Assembly (NCBI GenBank): GCA_964580065.1
Contig: CAZOJE010000002.1
Location: 66,978-130,977, forward strand
Reading direction: 5' to 3'
Source of the DNA: an uncultured Candidatus Saccharibacteria bacterium
GTDB lineage: Bacteria > Patescibacteriota > UBA1384 > DTJR01
DNA length: 64,000 nt
The first letter of the stretch is position 1. Every line of letters starts with the position of its first letter. The notes below the pieces were generated by a model. It was given only the letters and a program-made list of their open reading frames with translations. It did not search any database and had not been told where the DNA came from. A program made the translations under genes and the position numbers. Shown here piece by piece: positions 51,023 to 62,950 of this stretch.

Positions 51023-54000
51023 CTATTTTTTCTTCTTGGTTGACTGCTTTTCGGCAATGTAACCGGTTCCAGCAGGAATCAGTTTACCAATAATTACGTT
51101 TTCTTTCAACCCTCTCAAGTTATCCACCGCTCCTCTAATGGCGGCAGAAATAAGCACGCTAGTCGTTTCTTGAAACGAAGCGGCTGAAAGGAAGCTTTCC
51201 GTCTTAAGAGCAACTCTGGTAATACCCATAATGACTGGTTCAACAATTGGCGCCTTCTTCTTGCTTTTTTCGAGGCCGCTTGTAAGAATTGCTAATTCTT
51301 TTCGGTCGATAATCTGGCCTGGAACAAGTTCGCTTTCTCCTTCATCAACGACGCGAAGTTTGCTCAACATTTGTTTGATAATCGTCTCCAAATGTTTATC
51401 GTTAATCGACTGGCCCTGTGAGGAGTAAATCGCCTTTGTTTCTTTGATGATATATTTCATAGTCTCTTGAGAACCGCGTAAGCGCAAGGCCTCGGAGAGA
51501 TTCAAGTGACCGTCAGCTAGAACAGTTCCTTTGGTTACTTTTTCGCCAGCTTTAATCAGCAAAGGCATACCCGTGATAATTGGATAAGCAATTTTGATCT
51601 TGTCTTTCGATCGTATAATTACTTTGCCCTTTTCAATGGAAACAACTCCATTGATGCTTGCTCGAACGGCTTTTTTGTCTTTGCAAATGGCTACGGCCTT
51701 CTTCGCTTTGATATTTTCCTTATCTTTAACCGCTATTTCGTAGCCCTCTGGCACCTCAATGGTTTCCGACATTGGCTCGTCCGAAATAATCTCAACCGTA
51801 ATCGAATCATCGTGTTTGTTGATTTGAGCGATACCGTCAATCTCGGTAATCGGGGCTTCATACTTAGGTCGACGGGCTTCAAAAAGCTCTTCAACCCTCG
51901 GCAAGCCAGAAGTAATGTCCTCTCCGGTAACACCGCCAAGATGGAATGTTTTCATGGTTAGCTGTGTACCAGGTTCACCAATAGCTTGAGCGGCAATAAC
52001 GCCAACCGCTACGCCAAGATTGACAATTTTGCCAGTTCCAAGATCACGACCGTAACATTTCTGGCAAATTCCATGATCCGTTTGACAATAAGCAACTGAT
52101 CGGACAAATACACTTTCCAGATCACTGCCTTCGATTTCTTGAGCTTTTTCTCGGGAGATTTCTTCACCCGCTTTGACAATAACCTTAGTCTTAATTTTAA
52201 TGTCATTTAATGAAACTCGGCCATCAATTCTTTCGGCAAAGCTTTCACCAAACTCGGCTGATTCAGCTCTTTTTATCTCTAGACCTGTTTTTGTACCGCA
52301 GTCTTCCTCGACAACAATAACATCTTGCGCCACGTCAACCAATCTTCTAGTGAGATATCCTGAATCAGACGTTCTCAAAGCCGTGTCCGATCGTCCCTTT
52401 CTCGAACCATGAGAAGAGATAAAGTACTCGAATACTGTCAGACCTTCGCGATAGTTTGAAACAATCGGTAATTCAATAATTTCTCCGGTTGGGTTAACCA
52501 CCAAACCTTTCATACCAGCCATTTGCGTCAACTGTGCAACCGAGCCCCTCGTCCCAGAGGTAACATACATGAACACCGGATTATCTTCGGAAAAGTCAGT
52601 AAGCATTTTTTTCTCAATTTCTTTTCTGGCGTTATTCCACAAATCAATAACGCGAACGCTCTTTTCTTCTTCTGTAATAAGTCCCCTCTTTAGTTGCATT
52701 TCAACTTCGTCAACTTTGCTTTCAGTTCCGTTGACAATTTCTTTTTTCTCCTTAGGAATGCTGATGTCGTCAATACCGATAGACACACCAGAAATTGTGG
52801 CATATTCAAAGCCAAGGGCCTTGATTCTGTCTAGCGATTGGGCACAAGCTTCACTGCCCAATTTCTTGAAGATTCTAACAACAATTGCCTTCATTTGTTT
52901 GGCATCAATCGTCTTGTTGATAAATCTAATTTCATCAGGCAAAACATTGTTGAACAAAATTCTTCCAACGCAAGTTTCCATTATCTTGTAATCAATTTTT
53001 TCGGCAATTTCGGTGTCGGTTTCTTTAATATCATCATCAACTTTGACTTTAATTCTGGTTTTTAAGCCAATGAATCCGGTTTGCCAAGCCATAATAGCTT
53101 CATTCTTGCTGGAATAAACTTTTATTTTCTTCTCATCGCCTTTTTCCATATCGGTGATATAGAAACAACCCAAGATCATATCAAACCTTGGAGTAACGAT
53201 CGGCTCTCCCGATGCAGGTTTAAGTAGATTTTTCGCCGAAAGCATAATATTTTCAGCTTCTTCTTCCGCCCTTTCGCTTAACGGAACATGAACGGCCATT
53301 TGGTCACCGTCAAAGTCAGCATTAAACGCCTGACAGACAAGCGGGTGAACCTGAATTGCCTTACCTTCAATCAAGATTGGTCTGAATGCTTGAATACCAA
53401 GTCGATGCAACGTTGGAGCACGATTAAGCATGACGTGTCGTTCAGAAGTGATTTCCTCCAATATGTCCCAAACGATCGGATCTTTTCGTTCGATCATTTT
53501 AGTAGCATTCTTCACGTTAAATACATGGCCGTCCTTAATAAGTCTGGCAATAACGAATGTCTTAAAGAGTTCAAGAGCCATGACTTTTGGTAAACCACAT
53601 TGGTCTAACTTCAAGTCGGGGCCGACAACGATAACGCTTCGTCCAGAGTAATCAACCCTTTTACCCAAAAGATTTTGGCGAAATCGACCTTGTTTTCCAC
53701 GTAGAATATCTGAAAGACTACGCAATTTTCTCTGGTTGCCGGTAACAGCAATGCGGCCTCTTCGCGCACTGTTATCAACCAACGCATCGACTGCTTCTTG
53801 AAGCATTCTTTTTTCGTTTCGGCAAATTACTTCAGGAGCTCCGGCAGTAATTAATTTCTTTAAGCGGTTATTTCTATTTAAAACCCTTCGATAAAGATCG
53901 TTTAAGTCTGAAGCGGCAAAGCGGCCACCGTCAAGCTGAACCATCGGGCGTAAATCAGGTGGTATGACCGGAATTCTGGTCATAACAAGCCACTCTGGTC

Positions 54001-54838
54001 TGATACCGGCTAATTGCATTTCTTTGAACATTTTTAATCGGCGAAGGAGTTTTTTGCGGTTAGCGACTACTTGAATATTCAATTTCTCGGTTAAAGACTT
54101 GACCTCGCTATCCATGTCAACACTTTTAAGAAGTTCCAAAATCGCTTCGGCGCCAATGCCAACTCGGGCAACTTGACCATACTTCATTGAGATTGAGTTG
54201 TATTCCGATTCGCTTAAAACCTTCTTATCGTGGATTGAATTAAGCTCTGATTTCGAATTCTTATAAGCCGCTTCAATTTTCTGTAAAGCAATTGGATTGT
54301 TTTTAACCTTATCGTCTCTTTTTGCTTCTTCAAATTCCTTTTGTAATTGCTCTAGCGCGGACTGTCGAAGATTTTCATTTACTTCTAAAACAACAAACGA
54401 AGCAAAATAGATAACAGATTCAACATCGGTGACACTCATATCTAAAATCGTTCCAACAATGCCGCCGGCTCCTCTTAAGAACCAAACGTGCGCTACAGGA
54501 ACAACTAGATCGATGTGCCCCATTCTTTCGCGGCGAACCGAGCTTCTGGTAACTTCGACGCCACATCGGTCACAGACAATTCCTTTGTAGCGAATTTTTT
54601 TGTATTTACCGCAATAACATTCCCAGTCTTTGATTGGTCCAAAAACACGCTCGTCAAACAAGCCATCTCTTTCTGGTTTTTGAGTTCGATAGTTAATTGT
54701 TTCCGGTTTCGTGATTTCTCCATATGACCATCGGAAAATGTCATCGGGGCTAGCGACACAAAGACGAATCATGTCAAACTCTTTCATGGCGGTGTCTTTT
54801 TGATGTGATTGGGTTGAATTCATGTTTCTATTCTCCAT
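51023..54838 (-). CDS. rpoC: DNA-directed RNA polymerase beta' subunit
   Basis: Zinc-binding [35 protein letters not shown] catalytic loop, bridge helix and trigger loop. Confidence 0.97.
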   Translation of the reverse strand: MENRNMNSTQSHQKDTAMKEFDMIRLCVASPDDIFRWSYGEITKPETINYRTQKPERDGLFDERVFGPIKDWECYCGKYKKIRYKGIVCDRCGVEVTRSSVRRERMGHIDLVVPVAHVWFLRGAGGIVGTILDMSVTDVESVIYFASFVVLEVNENLRQSALEQLQKEFEEAKRDDKVKNNPIALQKIEAAYKNSKSELNSIHDKKVLSESEYNSISMKYGQVARVGIGAEAILELLKSVDMDSEVKSLTEKLNIQVVANRKKLLRRLKMFKEMQLAGIRPEWLVMTRIPVIPPDLRPMVQLDGGRFAASDLNDLYRRVLNRNNRLKKLITAGAPEVICRNEKRMLQEAVDALVDNSARRGRIAVTGNQRKLRSLSDILRGKQGRFRQNLLGKRVDYSGRSVIVVGPDLKLDQCGLPKVMALELFKTFVIARLIKDGHVFNVKNATKMIERKDPIVWDILEEITSERHVMLNRAPTLHRLGIQAFRPILIEGKAIQVHPLVCQAFNADFDGDQMAVHVPLSERAEEEAENIMLSAKNLLKPASGEPIVTPRFDMILGCFYITDMEKGDEKKIKVYSSKNEAIMAWQTGFIGLKTRIKVKVDDDIKETDTEIAEKIDYKIMETCVGRILFNNVLPDEIRFINKTIDAKQMKAIVVRIFKKLGSEACAQSLDRIKALGFEYATISGVSIGIDDISIPKEKKEIVNGTESKVDEVEMQLKRGLITEEEKSVRVIDLWNNARKEIEKKMLTDFSEDNPVFMYVTSGTRGSVAQLTQMAGMKGLVVNPTGEIIELPIVSNYREGLTVFEYFISSHGSRKGRSDTALRTSDSGYLTRRLVDVAQDVIVVEEDCGTKTGLEIKRAESAEFGESFAERIDGRVSLNDIKIKTKVIVKAGEEISREKAQEIEGSDLESVFVRSVAYCQTDHGICQKCYGRDLGTGKIVNLGVAVGVIAAQAIGEPGTQLTMKTFHLGGVTGEDITSGLPRVEELFEARRPKYEAPITEIDGIAQINKHDDSITVEIISDEPMSETIEVPEGYEIAVKDKENIKAKKAVAICKDKKAVRASINGVVSIEKGKVIIRSKDKIKIAYPIITGMPLLIKAGEKVTKGTVLADGHLNLSEALRLRGSQETMKYIIKETKAIYSSQGQSINDKHLETIIKQMLSKLRVVDEGESELVPGQIIDRKELAILTSGLEKSKKKAPIVEPVIMGITRVALKTESFLSAASFQETTSVLISAAIRGAVDNLRGLKENVIIGKLIPAGTGYIAEKQSTKKKK

Positions 54839-57800
54839 CCTTGCCTCCTTCAGTTTCTTCCTGATCGCTGATTATTTCTTCCTCCTGACCAGCAAAGATT
54901 TCTGTTAAATCTTTATCCTCGGCATCTTCTGTATCTTCCTCTTGATTGTCTGTTTCTTCACTGGAAAGCGACGTTTTTTCAACAATTTTTGACCTATCTG
55001 CTTCACCATAAATTTTTGCTTCGCCCGATTTAGAATCAATCATTTCTACTGAAAGACCCAAACTTTGAAGCTCTCGAACTAAGACACTGAACGAAGCCGG
55101 CACTGATGGTTTCTCGATAACTTCGCCTCTGATAATAGACTCGTAGGCCTTGGCGCGACCGATAACATCATCCGATTTGATTGTTAACATTTCTTGTAAA
55201 GTGTGAGCCGAGCCATAAGCTTCCAAAGCCCAAACTTCCATTTCACCAAACCTCTGGCCACCAAATTGCGCTTTTCCGCCAAGTGGCTGTTGCGTAACCA
55301 TCGAGTAAGGACCAACCGAACGAGCGTGCATCTTGTCGTCAACAAGGTGAGCCAGTTTAAGAATATAAACGGTTCCAACGGTAGCATCTGACTGGAACGG
55401 TTCGCCAGTTTTTCCGTCATAAAGTCGCATCTTACCGCTTTCGGGAAATCCAGCTTTATTAAGCTCTTCTTTTATTTTATCAACGCTAACGCCGTCAAAA
55501 ATTGGCGTAGCAACTTTATAACCAAGTTTGTCAGCCGCTAATCCAAGATGTGTTTCCAGAATCTGTCCGAGGTTCATTCTTGAAACAACGCCGAGCGGGT
55601 TAAGAATAATGTCTACCGGTGTGCCGTCCTCCATATAAGGCATATCTTCTTCGGGCAAAATTGCCGAAATGACACCTTTATTACCATGGCGTCCAGCTAA
55701 TTTGTCACCAACCGAGATTTTTCTAAGTTGAGCGACAGCCACTTCTACCATTTGGCTAACACCTTCCGGCAATTCGTCGTTGGCTTCTTTGGAGAAAACT
55801 TTAATTTCAATGACTTTTCCTTTTTCACCATGAGGCAAACGAAGCGAGGAGTCCTTAACATCTTTCGCTTTTTCGCCGAAGATTGCGCGAAGAAGTTTTT
55901 CCTCAACTGTCAGCTCGGTTTCACCTTTAGGAGTAATTTTACCTACCAAAATGTCGCCAGCTTCAATTTCGGCGCCAAGACGGATAACACCATTCTCGTC
56001 TAAATCCGCCAAAGCATCCTCACCAACATTAGGAATGTCGCGAGTAATCATTTCCGGACCAAGCTTTGTGTCTCGAACTTCAATAGAATATTTTTCAATG
56101 TGAATCGAACTTAGCATATCCTCCTTGACTAATTTTTCCGAAAGGATGATAGCATCTTCATAGTTGCAACCGCGATAGCTCATAAAAGCAACCTTTAAGT
56201 TGCGGCCAAGAGCCAATTCGCCGTTTTGAATAGCGGCGCCGTCGGCTAAAATATCGCCTTTTTTGACTTTAGTACCCGCGTCAACAATAATTTTTTGATT
56301 CATGCAGGTAGCTTGATTTGAGCGAACAAATTTCTCTAAACGATAGGCACGGTCTTTGCCGTCTTTGCCTTTAACGACGACTCGATTAGCCGAGGCCTCA
56401 ATTACTTCACCGTCTACTTCAGAAGTAATCACATGGCCGCTTGACATAGCCGCGCCACCCTCCATTCCAGTCCCAACAACAGGAGATTCCGGTCTAACCA
56501 AAGGGACAGCTTGTCTCTGCATATTCGAGCCCATATTCGCCCTAACCGCGTCATCATGTTCAATAAATGGAATCAAAGCGGTCGTAATTGAAGCAATTTG
56601 TTGCGGGGCAACGTCAACATACTGAATTTCACTAACCGCACCAATTGACGGATCACCGAATTTTCTAACCGGAACCTTCTTGCCGACAATGTAACCGTCT
56701 TTGTCCACCTTAGTTGACGAAGGTGCAATAACAGTTTTTTCTTCGTCCGACGCATCCAAATAAACAATCTTATTAGTAACTTTGGCTTTGCCATTTTTCT
56801 GCTCAACTACAAGATAGGGCGTTTCAATAAAGCCAAATTCGTTAACTTTTCCGTAAGAGGCCAGATAACCAACCAAACCAATATTTGGTCCTTCCGGTGT
56901 TTCAATCGGACAAATCCTACCATAGTGAGATTGGTGAACGTCCCTGACTTCAAAACCTGCTCTTTCGCGGGAAAGTCCGCCCGGTCCAGTCGCTGAAAGT
57001 GTTCTTTTGTGCTCCAATTCAGCTAAAGGATTGGTTTGGTTCATAAATTGTGACATTTGCGAAGAAGCAAAAAATTCTTGCAGAACCGCTACAATCGGTC
57101 GTGAATTAACTAATTGGGTCGGCGTCGCGTTTTCGGGCTCAACAATACTCATTCTATCTTTAATAATTCTTTCCATTCTCAAGAAACCGACTCTTAGTCT
57201 GGATTGAACTAATTCACCAACAGCACGAACACGTCGATTTTTAAGGTGATCGATATCATCTGGCAAACCAGTTGGATCATTATTGAGTCTGATAATTTCT
57301 TTAATGATTTCGACTAGGTCATCTAAACGTAAAATTCGCCCTTCGGCGTTATCCTTGACTTTCAGGCCGAGACGACGATTGATTTTATATCGTCCGACAT
57401 GGCCAAGATCATATCGTTTTGGATTGAAAAACAGGGCCTCGAGAAAAACTTTAGCCGCTTCCGGCGTTGCTAGATCCCCTGGTCTGATTCTTTTGTATAC
57501 TTCAACGAGAGCGCCTTGCTGATCTTTTGCCAGATCTTTTGCCAGAGTCTGGTCAATATATTTCAGATCGATATCATCGTCAACATCAGAGAAGATCTCT
57601 TTAATTTTTTCGTTAGAGGTAACCCCTAAAGCTTTCAAAAATGTGGTAACAGGGATTTTTCTCTTACGATCAACTTTGACGTTAATAACCCCTTTATTTG
57701 AAGTTTCAAATTCCAGCCAAGCACCACGATTCGGAATTAACTTAGCTCCAAAATATTTCTTCCCCGCAATTTCTTCAGCAATATAAATAACACCATACGA

Positions 57801-58217
57801 ACGAACGATCTGCGAGACAACGACTCTTTCGACACCGTTAATAATAAAAGTGCCTCGGTCGGTCATAACTGGAAAATCGCCCAAAAAGACTCTCGAAGCT
57901 TTTTGCTTTGAAGTGATTTTATTAGTTAGGATAACATCACACATTAAGGGCGCTTTATAAGTAAGGTTCTTGTGTTTGGCAGTTGTCTCATCGACTTTTG
58001 GCTGGCCCAACTCGTAATCGCCAAATTCCAACGACATAGCTTCGTTAGTAAAATCATCAACAGGACTTACTTCGTCGAGTAATTCCCTTATCCCCTCTTT
58101 AAATAACCAATTGTATGAGCTCTTTTGAATATCGATTAAATTTGGTAGTTCGACTTTAACGTGATCTTTAGAAAACTTGATTCTTTTTGCTTGATTTTGA
58201 CCAGACTGATTGGACAT
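54828..58217 (-). CDS. rpoB: DNA-directed RNA polymerase beta subunit
   Basis: Conserved beta regions and an acidic C-terminal tail. Confidence 0.97.
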   Translation of the reverse strand: MSNQSGQNQAKRIKFSKDHVKVELPNLIDIQKSSYNWLFKEGIRELLDEVSPVDDFTNEAMSLEFGDYELGQPKVDETTAKHKNLTYKAPLMCDVILTNKITSKQKASRVFLGDFPVMTDRGTFIINGVERVVVSQIVRSYGVIYIAEEIAGKKYFGAKLIPNRGAWLEFETSNKGVINVKVDRKRKIPVTTFLKALGVTSNEKIKEIFSDVDDDIDLKYIDQTLAKDLAKDQQGALVEVYKRIRPGDLATPEAAKVFLEALFFNPKRYDLGHVGRYKINRRLGLKVKDNAEGRILRLDDLVEIIKEIIRLNNDPTGLPDDIDHLKNRRVRAVGELVQSRLRVGFLRMERIIKDRMSIVEPENATPTQLVNSRPIVAVLQEFFASSQMSQFMNQTNPLAELEHKRTLSATGPGGLSRERAGFEVRDVHQSHYGRICPIETPEGPNIGLVGYLASYGKVNEFGFIETPYLVVEQKNGKAKVTNKIVYLDASDEEKTVIAPSSTKVDKDGYIVGKKVPVRKFGDPSIGAVSEIQYVDVAPQQIASITTALIPFIEHDDAVRANMGSNMQRQAVPLVRPESPVVGTGMEGGAAMSSGHVITSEVDGEVIEASANRVVVKGKDGKDRAYRLEKFVRSNQATCMNQKIIVDAGTKVKKGDILADGAAIQNGELALGRNLKVAFMSYRGCNYEDAIILSEKLVKEDMLSSIHIEKYSIEVRDTKLGPEMITRDIPNVGEDALADLDENGVIRLGAEIEAGDILVGKITPKGETELTVEEKLLRAIFGEKAKDVKDSSLRLPHGEKGKVIEIKVFSKEANDELPEGVSQMVEVAVAQLRKISVGDKLAGRHGNKGVISAILPEEDMPYMEDGTPVDIILNPLGVVSRMNLGQILETHLGLAADKLGYKVATPIFDGVSVDKIKEELNKAGFPESGKMRLYDGKTGEPFQSDATVGTVYILKLAHLVDDKMHARSVGPYSMVTQQPLGGKAQFGGQRFGEMEVWALEAYGSAHTLQEMLTIKSDDVIGRAKAYESIIRGEVIEKPSVPASFSVLVRELQSLGLSVEMIDSKSGEAKIYGEADRSKIVEKTSLSSEETDNQEEDTEDAEDKDLTEIFAGQEEEIISDQEETEGGKDGE

Positions 58218-58403
58218 TGTGCTTATATCCTCCCCATTATTTTTCTATAAAACAGAAAACCCCTACACAAAAGTAAGAGCAAAGGAACCATCTCTTTCAT
58301 GGTTTCTTCTTATATTTAACTTGCCTGAACTACTCAATCGTGAGTTTATCTTATTATAATTTTGCGCTTTTGTCAACTAAAACACACTTCATCTAAAAGG
58401 CGG

Positions 58404-59099
58404 TCAAATCACTTCACTTGGACTAATTTTCTTATATTCTCCTTCTTTCAAATTTTTAAGACAAAATTTGCCAATTCTCGTTCTATTAAGATCAAGCACT
58501 TTAATCCCTGCCTTTTCGAATGTTCGTCTTATTTGACGTTTAACGCCTTGCGTTAAAATTATCAAAAATTCGGCCCTGCCTCCATCTTGCGATATCATTT
58601 TGATCGAAGCCGGAGCAATTTTTTTCCCGTCCAAAACATGTCCACATTTAAAAAGCTTTATAGCATAAGCAAATTTTTCCGATAAATCCTTACCTGATGT
58701 TCTGGCTTGGACTAAATATTCTTTTTCATGTTCAAAGCTGGGGTGTGTCAATTTATATGTAAAGTCACCGTCGTTAGTTAATATCATCAAACCATGGGAA
58801 TCCTTGTCTAGACGGCCGCAAATAAAAATGCTTTTTTCGTCAAAAAAATCAGCTACGGTTGTTTTGGCAAATTTTTCGAAATTTGAACTTATAACACCCT
58901 TCGGTTTGTTAAAAGCATAATAAAACTTATTTTCTGGAGAAACTTTTTTACCCCTGACACTAACAACCGAAAAAGAATCAACCAAATCAGTTAAAACGGC
59001 TTTTTGGCCGTTTATAAAAACTTCTCCGTTTTTTATCAGTTCTTCTACTTTGCGTCGAGACCCAAAGCCGCAAGACGAAAGATATTTATTTATTCTCAT
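58404..59099 (-). CDS. RsuA/RluB-family rRNA pseudouridine synthase (S4 domain plus catalytic domain)
   Basis: S4 RNA-binding N-terminus (MRINKYLSSCGFGSRRKVEELI) and catalytic Asp motif GRLDKDSHGLMILTNDG. Confidence 0.8.
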   Translation of the reverse strand: MRINKYLSSCGFGSRRKVEELIKNGEVFINGQKAVLTDLVDSFSVVSVRGKKVSPENKFYYAFNKPKGVISSNFEKFAKTTVADFFDEKSIFICGRLDKDSHGLMILTNDGDFTYKLTHPSFEHEKEYLVQARTSGKDLSEKFAYAIKLFKCGHVLDGKKIAPASIKMISQDGGRAEFLIILTQGVKRQIRRTFEKAGIKVLDLNRTRIGKFCLKNLKEGEYKKISPSEVI

Positions 59100-59104
59100 A
59101 ATTT

Positions 59105-59441
59105 TTGCCTAACTGCTCGGTAAGCTGGGTTCTGTTTTGGTAACTATCTATCTAAGCGTCAGGGCCTTTATGATATATCGAGCATCCTAGACATAAAGGT
59201 CCACCCGACTTGCACCAGAAGGAGTTTTGCACTCGCGAAATCTCTCGAATCCGCGATTGTGAGCTCTTACCTCAACTCTTTTCACCCTTGCGACCCGTCC
59301 GAAAACGGGTTTCGCGGTATAGTTTCTGTGCCACTATCCCTGGGGTCACCCCCGTCCTGATTTATCAGGATATCCTGCTCGATGGTGCCCAGACTTTCCT
59401 CCTCGGGAAAACCGAGGCAGTTACCTCGAACAGTTAGGCAA
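59105..59441 (-). ncRNA. rnpB: RNase P RNA (bacterial type A), about 337 nt
   Basis: The minus strand contains GAGGAAAGTCTGGGCACC (P4 consensus GAGGAAAGUCCGGGCUCC), AGGGTGAAAAGAGTTGAGGTAAGAGCTCAC (AGGGUGAAA..GGUAAGAGC.CACC) and a 3' ACAGAACCCAGCTTACC that pairs with a 5' UUGCCUAACUGUUCG P1 stem. Confidence 0.75.
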
Positions 59442-59479
59442 ACGAAGTATAGCATTTTCGAGTGATTTAATCTAGTACT

Positions 59480-62254
59480 TTAGAGGTATTTTCCAGTAAT
59501 TGAACGATCGCACATTTTGATGTCTTTCGGCTTGCCACAAGCGATTATCTCACCGCCTAATGACCCACCCCTCGGGCCCATGTCTATCACCCAATCAGAA
59601 TTATTGATTACGTCTATATTGTGTTCAATCATTAAAACAGTATTGCCCCGATCAACCAATTCGTGAAGAATTTGTAAAAGTTTTTTGATATCGTCAAAGT
59701 GCAATCCCGTTGTCGGTTCATCTAAAATGTAAAGGGTATTGCCGGTAGAAGTTTTTGATAATTCAGTCGAAAGTTTAATTCTTTGCGCTTCACCGCCAGA
59801 TAAAGTAGTGGCATTTTGGCCAAGCGGCAAATACCCCAACCCCACTCTTTTCAAAACTTCCAATTTTTGACAAATTTCTTCCTGATCGGCAAAGAAATCG
59901 CTTGCCTCATCTACACTCATTTCTAAAATTTCAGCGATATTTTTTTCTTTATATTTAATTTTTAAGGTTTCGCTATTGTACCGGTTTCCAGCACATTCCT
60001 CACATTTAATATAAGCATCGGGCAAAAAATACATTTCTACTTTAATATAACCATCGCCATGGCACGTTTCACAGCGCCCACCCTTCAAATTGAAACTAAA
60101 ACGGCTCGAGCTAAAACTTTTCGCTTGAGCATCAGACGTTTGAGCAAAAAGTTCCCGAATCGGCGTAAAAAGACCAGTGTAAGTTGCTAGATTGCTTCTA
60201 GGGGTACGGCCGATCGGCGATTGGTCAATCTTAATAATCTTATCGATATTTTCGACTCCTCTTATATCACGGCATCCTTCAATCTTATCGTCACCAGAAT
60301 TCAGCTTCTTGCTAACCGCTTCCGCTAAAACGTCGAAAACTAAAGTTGATTTACCACACCCCGAAACACCCGTCACGCATGTAAAAAAACCCAAGGGAAA
60401 TTTAACGTTCAAATTTTTTAAATTATTTAAACTAGCGCCGACTAATTCAATATAGCCGCTTTCTTTTTTTCTGCTGCGAGAAATCTTTATCTCATCGGCC
60501 CCAGAAAGATATCGACCGGTAATTGAATTAGGGTCAGCTAATATTTCGCTTGGCTTTCCTTGAGAAATAATTTCACCACCTAATTTACCTGCCCCCGGGC
60601 CCATATCGACAATGTAATCCGACTCCATTAGAACCGATTTATCATGTTCAACGATTAAAACCGTATTGCCTTCATTTTTTAATCTCTTAAAAGAAGAAAT
60701 CAGCTTTTCCGTGTCTGCGCTGTGCAAACTGATTGTCGGTTCATCTAAAACATATAAAACACCACTAAGAAAACTATCGAATTGCGCCCCTAAACGAATT
60801 CTTTGGGCTTCACCGCCAGACAAAGTTTCGCTCGATCGTGAAAGAGTTAAATATTCCACACCAACAGAAATTAAATTCTTAATTCGGCGCAAAAGTTCGT
60901 TGACTAAACCCCTGGCCTGCAAAGGAATTTTGTCCATATTTTTATCAAAAAAATCTACCAAATTTATTGCTTCCATATCACAAAATTCATCAATCGATAG
61001 TCCTAAAAATTTAACCGCTAATGCAAATTGGTTTAGACGTTTGCCGCTACAAACATCACAAGTTTTTTCCTCCATGTAGTTTTCAATTTCCTGCCTCAAG
61101 TAATCAGAATCGGTTTCGCGATATTTCTTCTCCAGCATGGCAATAACGCCAGCAAAATCGCCCTCGCCAAAAAGAACTGATTTAACAACTTCGTCAGACA
61201 GCTTTTCGACCGGAATATCCAGGGCAAAATGTTTTTCTTTAGCAAAATCTTCTAGCGATCGCATCAAACTACTGCCCTGACCGGCTAAACGCGTCCAAGG
61301 GCGAATGGCCCCTTCTTCAAAAGTTAATTTTTTGTTCGGAATAACTAATTCAGGAATAATTTCCTTGCTCACGCCGAGCCCTTGACACTTCAGGCAAGCG
61401 CCAAAAGGGCTATTAAAGGAAAAAAGACGCGGCTGAAGTTCCCCGTAGTGCTGACCGCATTTTTCACAATACGGTTCTTTGGAGAATTTCATTCTTTCTT
61501 GTGTCGATTGGATAATAACCGAACCACCAGAAAGATCGATGGCACGCTTTAATATTTTTAATGTTTCATCGGAAATTTTTTCAAATTCACCGCCAAACTC
61601 GATTTCGCCAACTAAAATTTCGATCGTATGCGCAGTATTTTTAGCTAATTTTATTTTTGATAATTCGCGAACGTCAATGTTGGTTCCATCGATTCTAGCT
61701 GAAACATATTTTGAAGTAGCGAACCGATTTAAAACCGATTGGTGTGAGCCAAAAACGTTTTCAATAACAGGCGCGAAAACCTCTAAACGTTGATTCTTAT
61801 AAAGATCAAAATTTAGCTTTATATACTCTATTGTCAGCTCGGGGATTTTTGTTTTGTCGCCGCTAAAGAGTTTTTCACCGCAAACCGGGCAAAGTGGCTG
61901 GCCGAATCGGGCAAAAAGCAAGCGCAAGTAATCGTATGCTTCAGTCAGTGTTCCGACGGTTGATCTCGGCGATCGAGCAACACTTTTTTGATCTATTGAA
62001 ATTGCTGGCGGAATATTTTCAATCGCATCGACATCGGGTTTTTCTAAAGCACCGATAACCTGCTTGGCATAGCTTGAGAGATTATCTACATACCGTCTTT
62101 GCCCCTCGGCAAAAACGGTATCAAAAGCAAGTGAACTTTTACCGCTACCGGAAATGCCACTTATAGAAGTAATTTTTTCTTTTTCGATCTCTAAAGAAAT
62201 ATTTTTGAGATTATGAGTCCTGGCGTTGGTAATTTTTATATTTCTCATAAGCAA
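59480..62254 (-). CDS. uvrA: Excinuclease ABC subunit A
   Basis: Two ABC ATPase modules (GISGSGKSSLAFDT, GVSGCGKSTLV), zinc fingers and the LSGGEAQRI signature. Confidence 0.97.
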   Translation of the reverse strand: MLMRNIKITNARTHNLKNISLEIEKEKITSISGISGSGKSSLAFDTVFAEGQRRYVDNLSSYAKQVIGALEKPDVDAIENIPPAISIDQKSVARSPRSTVGTLTEAYDYLRLLFARFGQPLCPVCGEKLFSGDKTKIPELTIEYIKLNFDLYKNQRLEVFAPVIENVFGSHQSVLNRFATSKYVSARIDGTNIDVRELSKIKLAKNTAHTIEILVGEIEFGGEFEKISDETLKILKRAIDLSGGSVIIQSTQERMKFSKEPYCEKCGQHYGELQPRLFSFNSPFGACLKCQGLGVSKEIIPELVIPNKKLTFEEGAIRPWTRLAGQGSSLMRSLEDFAKEKHFALDIPVEKLSDEVVKSVLFGEGDFAGVIAMLEKKYRETDSDYLRQEIENYMEEKTCDVCSGKRLNQFALAVKFLGLSIDEFCDMEAINLVDFFDKNMDKIPLQARGLVNELLRRIKNLISVGVEYLTLSRSSETLSGGEAQRIRLGAQFDSFLSGVLYVLDEPTISLHSADTEKLISSFKRLKNEGNTVLIVEHDKSVLMESDYIVDMGPGAGKLGGEIISQGKPSEILADPNSITGRYLSGADEIKISRSRKKESGYIELVGASLNNLKNLNVKFPLGFFTCVTGVSGCGKSTLVFDVLAEAVSKKLNSGDDKIEGCRDIRGVENIDKIIKIDQSPIGRTPRSNLATYTGLFTPIRELFAQTSDAQAKSFSSSRFSFNLKGGRCETCHGDGYIKVEMYFLPDAYIKCEECAGNRYNSETLKIKYKEKNIAEILEMSVDEASDFFADQEEICQKLEVLKRVGLGYLPLGQNATTLSGGEAQRIKLSTELSKTSTGNTLYILDEPTTGLHFDDIKKLLQILHELVDRGNTVLMIEHNIDVINNSDWVIDMGPRGGSLGGEIIACGKPKDIKMCDRSITGKYL

Positions 62255-62497
62255 AATTAACTTAAGGGATTATAACAATTCTGGGAAAAAAATCAAGCGT
62301 TTCCGCACCTAGAAAATGAAAAATCTATCAAAGCATTTCTTTATCTGTTAAAAGTAAAAATTTTACTCCTCTTAAAACATATTAGACAGATGGGCAGTTT
62401 AATACATATCACTACTTGTGCACTCAAGGGCGAAATACCTTTTGATTTTTTCGTTTGTTATGTTACAGTGCAATCAAGAAAATTAATAAAAAGGAGC

Positions 62498-62944
62498 GGC
62501 ATGAAACAACAAGTCGGCACAATTGTTGGCTCTAGCGTCCATTTAACTGGAGCCATTAAGGATTCAAGCGATATTACAATCTTCGGGAGCGTTGACGGCG
62601 AAGTCTCTTCAGAGCAAAAAATAATCATTGAAGAAACAGCCCAAATTAAAGGCCCCGTAAAGGCAAACGAAGTTATTATCAGTGGTATGGTTAACGGTAC
62701 CGTTACCGCAACTCAACGCCTCGAATTAAACCAAACCGCCGCTGTTAAAGGAAATATTGATACCAGTGAATTATTAATTCACGCTGGCGCAACTTTTATT
62801 GGTAAATGCAATATGCCAGACAAAAAAGTCAAAAGTGAAGATGGCACTGAAGCAAAAGAATCCTACATGGTCGAAATAGAGGGGGAAGACACGAAAATTG
62901 AAGAAACCGATGAACTCGAAGATGACGAAGAAAAGAAAAAATAA
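62498..62944 (+). CDS. Bactofilin-family cytoskeletal protein with an acidic C-terminal tail
   Basis: Bactofilin beta-helix repeats (IVGSSVHLTGAIKDSSDITIFGSVDGEV...IISGMVNGTVTA). The start is taken at MKQQVGT, preceded by AAAGGAG. Confidence 0.75.
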   Translation, partial: GMKQQVGTIVGSSVHLTGAIKDSSDITIFGSVDGEVSSEQKIIIEETAQIKGPVKANEVIISGMVNGTVTATQRLELNQTAAVKGNIDTSELLIHAGATFIGKCNMPDKKVKSEDGTEAKESYMVEIEGEDTKIEETDELEDDEEKKK

Positions 62945-62950
62945 TTCTTA

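Noticed and set aside
51231-58000. Numerous 60-140-aa ORFs on both strands within rpoC, rpoB, fusA, tuf, secY and uvrA
   Set aside because: They lie fully inside long, strongly supported conserved genes, in other frames or on the opposite strand.
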